DNA of 64,000 nucleotides from Giardia intestinalis (Eukaryota): NCBI GenBank assembly GCA_000002435.2, contig CM018791.1; one strand, 5' to 3'. Shown piece by piece: positions 59,184 to 64,000 of this stretch (position 1 is its first letter; each line of letters starts with the position of its first letter). The notes under the pieces were generated by a model. It saw only the letters and a program-made list of their open reading frames with translations, ran no database searches and was not told where the DNA came from. The position numbers and the translations under genes were made by a program.

Positions 59184-61727
59184 CTATGAATATCCTCTCT
59201 TCCATTGCGCAAGGCCTAAACCTGTGCATTTGGCTTGTGTCCCTGTGAATTGCACAACCTCTGGAAAGCTTATGGAGTCTTCTATTAAGCCTAGTAGCCG
59301 GTCAGTAAAGTCTGACAGGCGCTGTCTCTGCATAGAGTATGACCCGCACGTATCTGTCGAAAAGCTAAACAGCTGGGACAAGAGACTTGTAAACAGATCG
59401 ACATGCCTCCAGTACCGTTTGCTGGGCAAGGATACCTCCACGGTCCTTTCACCGTCCACTCGATGTACACTGAGATCGGAAGCCTTCACAGAGGTTCCAA
59501 TTATCATGTACCATATGCACGACGCTATTCCCGAGTAGTCCGGCTCATATAGCCAGTGCTTTTCTACTATTGGACACGGCGTCACAACAGACATGCTTGT
59601 ATAGTGAAACTGAACTGGAACGTCGTTAAGTGTGAAGAGGGATGCATCAATAGCTTTGCCAAAGTCGCATGCCACGGGTACCAGGAATCCACTTTCGTCA
59701 GCAAAGCCAAAGTCAGCTTCTAACTTTGGAGTGACGTGCTTTTCTGTCTTAGAGGAGCAGCTCTGTGTTTCGTGCTTGACGGTAGGACACGCTGCAACAC
59801 GCTGATCCACATTTGTCTTTCCCTTTTCTTCCTTGCCCTTTAGAAAGCTCAAGAGTGTGGGATCTGTAGAGATTGTGATTAGCCAGTTATCTACTTTAAT
59901 GTCTGTATGCACAATATTCGCTTCGTGGAACGTCTTTACTGTCTTGATCATCAAGTATGAAATCCATAAAATAACATTTTCAGGAAGACAAGTCAAGCCT
60001 CGCTCAACCCTGTCATAGCACTGTTTGCATAGCTCGAACAGAGTTACGCCAGGGATGTACTCCATAACAAAGGCCCCCAGGCCTTGGTTATTGACTATTG
60101 ACGCGATAAATCGCGTATAGAGGCAGTCACTCAGAGAGTCTGCCAGCCGTAGGGTGAGCGCAGATAAGCTGTATATTTCACGTAGGAAGGACGTGCTTAT
60201 TGCACAAACCGCGTGCTCGCCTATTTCAACAGAGATAGAGTCTTTTTTCCTGGTAAAGAACTTCACAGCTACTTTTACCAAATGGCCAGGCCGTGCAGAG
60301 TGCAATGCATCAGCTGCAAAGACCTTTCCAAATGCACCGGCGCCTAGAAGCTCTGTTAGTGTCAGAAGTATCTTGCAGTCTGGTCTGCTACATGAGCTTT
60401 CCTCTTCTCGCGTCAGATTCCTTTGAAGATCTTCAAATGTGGTTTCAGTGCTACCTCCTGTAGTACTATCTCCTTTAGTGTTCTGGTCTGTGTCTTCTTC
60501 ATGTCCATTCTCGTCCCAGCAAGGATCTAGCTTGGGGTACACGACTGGGCATGTAGCATCCATAATTCTAGATACCCGATAAGGGCAGATCATAAGGGTA
60601 GTTCCACTCTCAGGATTAGTAGGGAACACATCCACCTCTTCCACAAATGTCAGCACAATTCGGTTTCTTTGAAGAGATGGAGCCATGTCAACAAGGGCAA
60701 AGTAGAACGCTCGCGGAATGTGATACGGCTCTATTATGTTGCTGATGACTAGGTCATTTTGGGTTGGGCCTTGACGAGATGTATACAGGAGAATCTGGCA
60801 CCGCGGCGAAAGAGTATAGACCATGCGGGATATTATGTGGGGGTCATTCGCCAGTTGGGAGTAGGGATTCAGATTCTCCAGCTGTTTTCGTGCAATTAGG
60901 CGGCCTATAAAGCACATGTGTAGATCCAGGAGATGCTGCTCCTCGGGAGAGATAAAACTATTTGCCGTTTCACTATATGTTAGGATAAATATGGGCAGGG
61001 TCTTACAATGGATCTTTGGATGACTTGATCCTTGCCCACTTGGCTCTGACGGAGAGCTGTACGACTCGTGGTCTACATATAGCTCTGCTGGGATATTCGT
61101 TATGGAGAGGTTCTGGGGAGATGTCTCGGCTGTCCATACAAAGAATCTAGAGCCGTTGCTGGTGCTGGTGATCGCCTTGAGGCGCCGGATAGACGCCTGG
61201 AACGCCTTCTTTGCTCGAGCACTAGTGCAGTTGTTATAGCCAAGAATATAGTAGTGCATCGCTCGGCTTTTGTCACGGACCTGGAACTCATAGTAGACCC
61301 CTGCCTGACAATACAGTTCAGGAGCTTTGCGGCCGATGTTGTGCGCATCATAGTATGCAATGATGCCATCCTGGTTGGAGAATAGGCATTGGTAAGCTAG
61401 GGCGAGCACCACAACTCGTCTATCGTTTAACAGCTCCGGGTGTTTCTGGGCATAGCTTATGGTCAATCTACACAGGTCCTGGAGAAGCAGTTGGAGCGGT
61501 CTCGTGGGTCGAAGCTGGAATAGTTTCTGGATCTCAAAGAACAGCGATATCCGCTCCTGCATAGATGCCTCCACTTTTTGAGGATTGTCTAGTGTTTGAC
61601 CTGACTGTAGTCTCATGATGCGCGCCACTCCCTCCCTCAGCATCGTTATTTTTCCATCAGCAAGGCCCCGTTTCAGCTCTGGCTCTCCACTCGACGGAGC
61701 TGACTCACAGCCCAAAGCTGTCTCCAT
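59184..61727 (-). CDS. BUB1: BUB1-type spindle-checkpoint kinase (Mad3/BUB1 homology region plus C-terminal BUB1 kinase domain)
   Basis: N-terminal LLNDRRVVVLALAY...IIAYYDAHNIGRKAPELYCQAGVYYEFQVRDKSRAMHYYILG parallels the human BUB1 block NDPRFISYCLKFAEY...FFEFLYNHGIGTLSSPLYIAWAGHLEAQGELQHASAVLQRG. Kinase motifs LLGAGAFGKVF, VAVKF, IVHTDIKVDNWLI (BUB1 has HGDIKPDNFIL), ACDFGKAIDASLF (BUB1 IDLGQSIDMKLF), and KHWLYEPDYSGIASCIWYMIIG (BUB1 [22 protein letters not shown]). Confidence 0.75.
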   Translation of the reverse strand: METALGCESAPSSGEPELKRGLADGKITMLREGVARIMRLQSGQTLDNPQKVEASMQERISLFFEIQKLFQLRPTRPLQLLLQDLCRLTISYAQKHPELLNDRRVVVLALAYQCLFSNQDGIIAYYDAHNIGRKAPELYCQAGVYYEFQVRDKSRAMHYYILGYNNCTSARAKKAFQASIRRLKAITSTSNGSRFFVWTAETSPQNLSITNIPAELYVDHESYSSPSEPSGQGSSHPKIHCKTLPIFILTYSETANSFISPEEQHLLDLHMCFIGRLIARKQLENLNPYSQLANDPHIISRMVYTLSPRCQILLYTSRQGPTQNDLVISNIIEPYHIPRAFYFALVDMAPSLQRNRIVLTFVEEVDVFPTNPESGTTLMICPYRVSRIMDATCPVVYPKLDPCWDENGHEEDTDQNTKGDSTTGGSTETTFEDLQRNLTREEESSCSRPDCKILLTLTELLGAGAFGKVFAADALHSARPGHLVKVAVKFFTRKKDSISVEIGEHAVCAISTSFLREIYSLSALTLRLADSLSDCLYTRFIASIVNNQGLGAFVMEYIPGVTLFELCKQCYDRVERGLTCLPENVILWISYLMIKTVKTFHEANIVHTDIKVDNWLITISTDPTLLSFLKGKEEKGKTNVDQRVAACPTVKHETQSCSSKTEKHVTPKLEADFGFADESGFLVPVACDFGKAIDASLFTLNDVPVQFHYTSMSVVTPCPIVEKHWLYEPDYSGIASCIWYMIIGTSVKASDLSVHRVDGERTVEVSLPSKRYWRHVDLFTSLLSQLFSFSTDTCGSYSMQRQRLSDFTDRLLGLIEDSISFPEVVQFTGTQAKCTGLGLAQWKRGYS

Positions 61728-61972
61728 TGCTATTATACAACCCAGGCTACAGTTTATGCTTCATCAGCATACATGCAGTAGAGTCTATGCCTTGTGCATT
61801 ACTGTCTGTAGCGCCTACTGGAACCTTTATTTCGAGAAATTCACTTTACTGGAATAGGTAAGTGGATGCGTGACCTATAGTATAGTTGTTGATGTGAGAA
61901 TGCTGCTCTGGTACTGTATCATGTTGTTAGATGACATCTCGCTTACCAGAGAACACTCCTGCTTCTTCTTCG

Positions 61973-63500
61973 TTATGATGCAATAACAGTGATGGCGACA
62001 GCAGCTATTACAATCAGTATAATTGGCACAGAGACTACCGCTGTCGTGGCGCTTTTCAACCTCTTTTCCAGTTTCTTCGATGCACTGCAGATACCATGTT
62101 CGTCTAAGCTGTACCCATCAAAGCATTTAACACATTTATCATCTTTGCATTCTCTGCAACTTATTTCATACTCATACATGCACGTACCGTAGCTTGTTAA
62201 ACAATAACATTCTTCACACTGTAAGCACCTACCGCTTCCAGAGAGAATTCTGCGCCGTTCACAAGCCTCTAAACTACAGCTCCTCACATCACTAAGGCGC
62301 GTACCTGGATTACGCTTTGTACACTATCCATTTTGACAACATTCACAATTATAATTTAGATAGCAGTCGCTGTAACCATGCGTAGGATAAGTTATCATAC
62401 AAACTCCAGGAAGACACGTAGTGCATCCAACACCATCTGCGTAAGACGCACATCTCAGAGGTGTTAGTGATATACAACCAAAAAAGGTAAAAAAACACAA
62501 TTTGCCGTGCATTTAGTACACTTCCTTCCACTGGAGCACTCAGCGCATCCTAGTGTCTCTTTACGCTCACATATTCCATAGGCAGCAAGGCAATACTCTA
62601 CTTCACACTGTGCGCAAGTTCTTTGGTCGGCGCACAACATGCAATGCAGATTTTCTTTTCCAGTACAGGCTAAAGTTCGTAGGTCAAAACAATAACCCTC
62701 ATCACACTCGGTACAATACCCTTCTCCTGCACAAAATGCACAGTGAATAGGAATGTTGACAAGTTATACACATGTTGCTCCATAAGTTGAGTTTTCTAAA
62801 TAGTAACTATCATTATATTGAATACATCTCATTTCACTCCATTGGTAGGTACAATGAGCACAAGCATCGGGACACTTAGTGCATACACCATCAGAATTTA
62901 AGCCATAGCCTGTCACGCACTCCGCACATCATGCATCCCGGACAAGATAAGCAATTCAGAGATTCCTTTAATACGTATTTTTGCTGCTGTTAAGGCAATA
63001 TCTATCCTGACATTGGGTGCATATTCCGCTATTAGGACAACGCCTACAGGATATCTTGCTTAAACGCTTACAAGTGTTGTCACTGATGAGACAGTATCCA
63101 CTTATACATTTGTACACACAATGTTTCCAGGGCAAACTTCACAGTTAAAGGATTCCCTCGCAATACCTTTTCCAGCACTGCTTTTGCATCTGTTCTCTGG
63201 ACAAGGATCCAAGGCAGAGAGTATTGACTCTCCTACTCTGAACGACAGATCTTCTTTGCAGACTCCTTGATTCATCCTGCATCCTTCCCTACATGCCATG
63301 CATCTACTTCTGGCCTACACACCGCAATGTGGTCCACACAAAGTATCGTTTTCACTATTCTCCAAAACCTATGTGCACACCCAGATACCCTCATCGTTCA
63401 TCATGGGTGTCCCCTTTGGACGTTTCTGAACACACTCTGAGTTACCAAGGAGGTCGAGAAAATAGCCATCGATACATCTAAGGCAGACAGTTCCCAAAGG
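61973..63500 (-). pseudogene. Degenerate high-cysteine membrane protein (HCMP/VSP-like) gene broken by frameshifts
   Basis: 3' ORF 61973-62287 ends in a TM helix (VVSVPIILIVIAAVAITVIAS) and is Cys-rich but starts at GTG. Upstream, Cys-rich CxxC-containing fragments continue in other minus-strand frames (62324-62512, 62349-62531, 63102-63299) without a continuous ORF. Confidence 0.4.
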
Positions 63501-64000
63501 ATTGCAGAGCTCACAATGCGAGATATCTAGACATAGAGTCGACCTTCCAGCTGATTCGGACAGACATCAGTAACATAGTACGTGAGCAACATCAATCCAA
63601 TGGAGAACATGGTCTTTTTAATTTTGATTATACTTATTAAGAATCCAAATCAAATTAGCAAGGGCTCCGGTCAAACGTTGACACTAAAATCAATGCTCAA
63701 GCTTGTGGCCTCTCTCAGAGACTTGTGCCGGATCTGCTTCCTCCGCGGGTATAGGATCAGATATCTAGATATCCTATGTTCGTCTGCCCTATAATGCCTG
63801 TAGTGTTATAATTTATTACCGATCTACTTTGTCTGCTTGTCTAGCTGTGCTTCACAAATAGACACGGCGTTCGATAGGGATTTTTTTAACAGCGTGTCAT
63901 AATAGTCGCTACTGATTGCAATCCTACACTGTGGTGATTGTGCTTCCTTTGGTCAAATACCGTGTGTAAGAATTCTGCATTAAGGCTAAAACTATATAGT

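Noticed and set aside
1-64000. Prokaryotic features (operons, CRISPR arrays, defence systems, RBS)
   Set aside because: The sequence is eukaryotic (Giardia): VSP CRGKA tails, ankyrin 21.1 and NEK expansions, a spliceosomal intron, eukaryotic-type GlyRS, dynein, BUB1 and eL8. No repeat-spacer arrays are visible.

Overview
This is not prokaryotic DNA. The window reads as a gene-dense segment of a Giardia intestinalis (duodenalis) nuclear chromosome. It carries two cysteine-rich surface proteins ending in the Giardia VSP-specific tail ...CRGKA, several ankyrin 'protein 21.1' genes, NEK-type kinase-like genes, almost no introns, intergenic spacers of only 5-60 nt, AT-rich initiator tracts directly before start codons, and AGTRAAY poly(A) signals. 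It also contains a 109-nt intron in the ribosomal protein L7a (eL8) gene with Giardia splice motifs (GTATGT ... CTGACCCACAG).

About 30 protein-coding genes run back-to-back on both strands. I recognise the following products:
- aldo/keto reductase
- glycyl-tRNA synthetase
- oxysterol-binding protein
- PHO80-like cyclin
- hybrid-cluster protein
- eL8 (two exons)
- ELMO-domain protein
- calmodulin-like EF-hand protein
- SGNH/GDSL hydrolase
- a BUB1-type checkpoint kinase
- a secreted LRR protein
- a transglutaminase-fold protein
- a 1443-aa internal piece of a dynein heavy chain
- a single 13-kb ORF encoding a 4360-aa protein

The most unusual item is the dynein piece. It covers only AAA2-AAA4, stalk coiled-coil 1, the microtubule-binding domain and half of coiled-coil 2. 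Its homology stops exactly at a G|GTATGTT donor. The rest of the gene must lie elsewhere, and trans-splicing of a split intron is the best explanation.

Secondary items are a VSP that has lost its ATG, a degenerate cysteine-rich pseudogene, catalytically dead NEK kinases, and extreme gene packing (start codons 8 nt apart; stop-to-start gap of 5 nt). No CRISPR arrays, rRNA or tRNA genes and no prokaryotic-style defence operon are present.

A note on the ORF track: several ORFs begin at GTG or TTG that are shown as 'M'. I moved those starts to the first in-frame ATG where stated.
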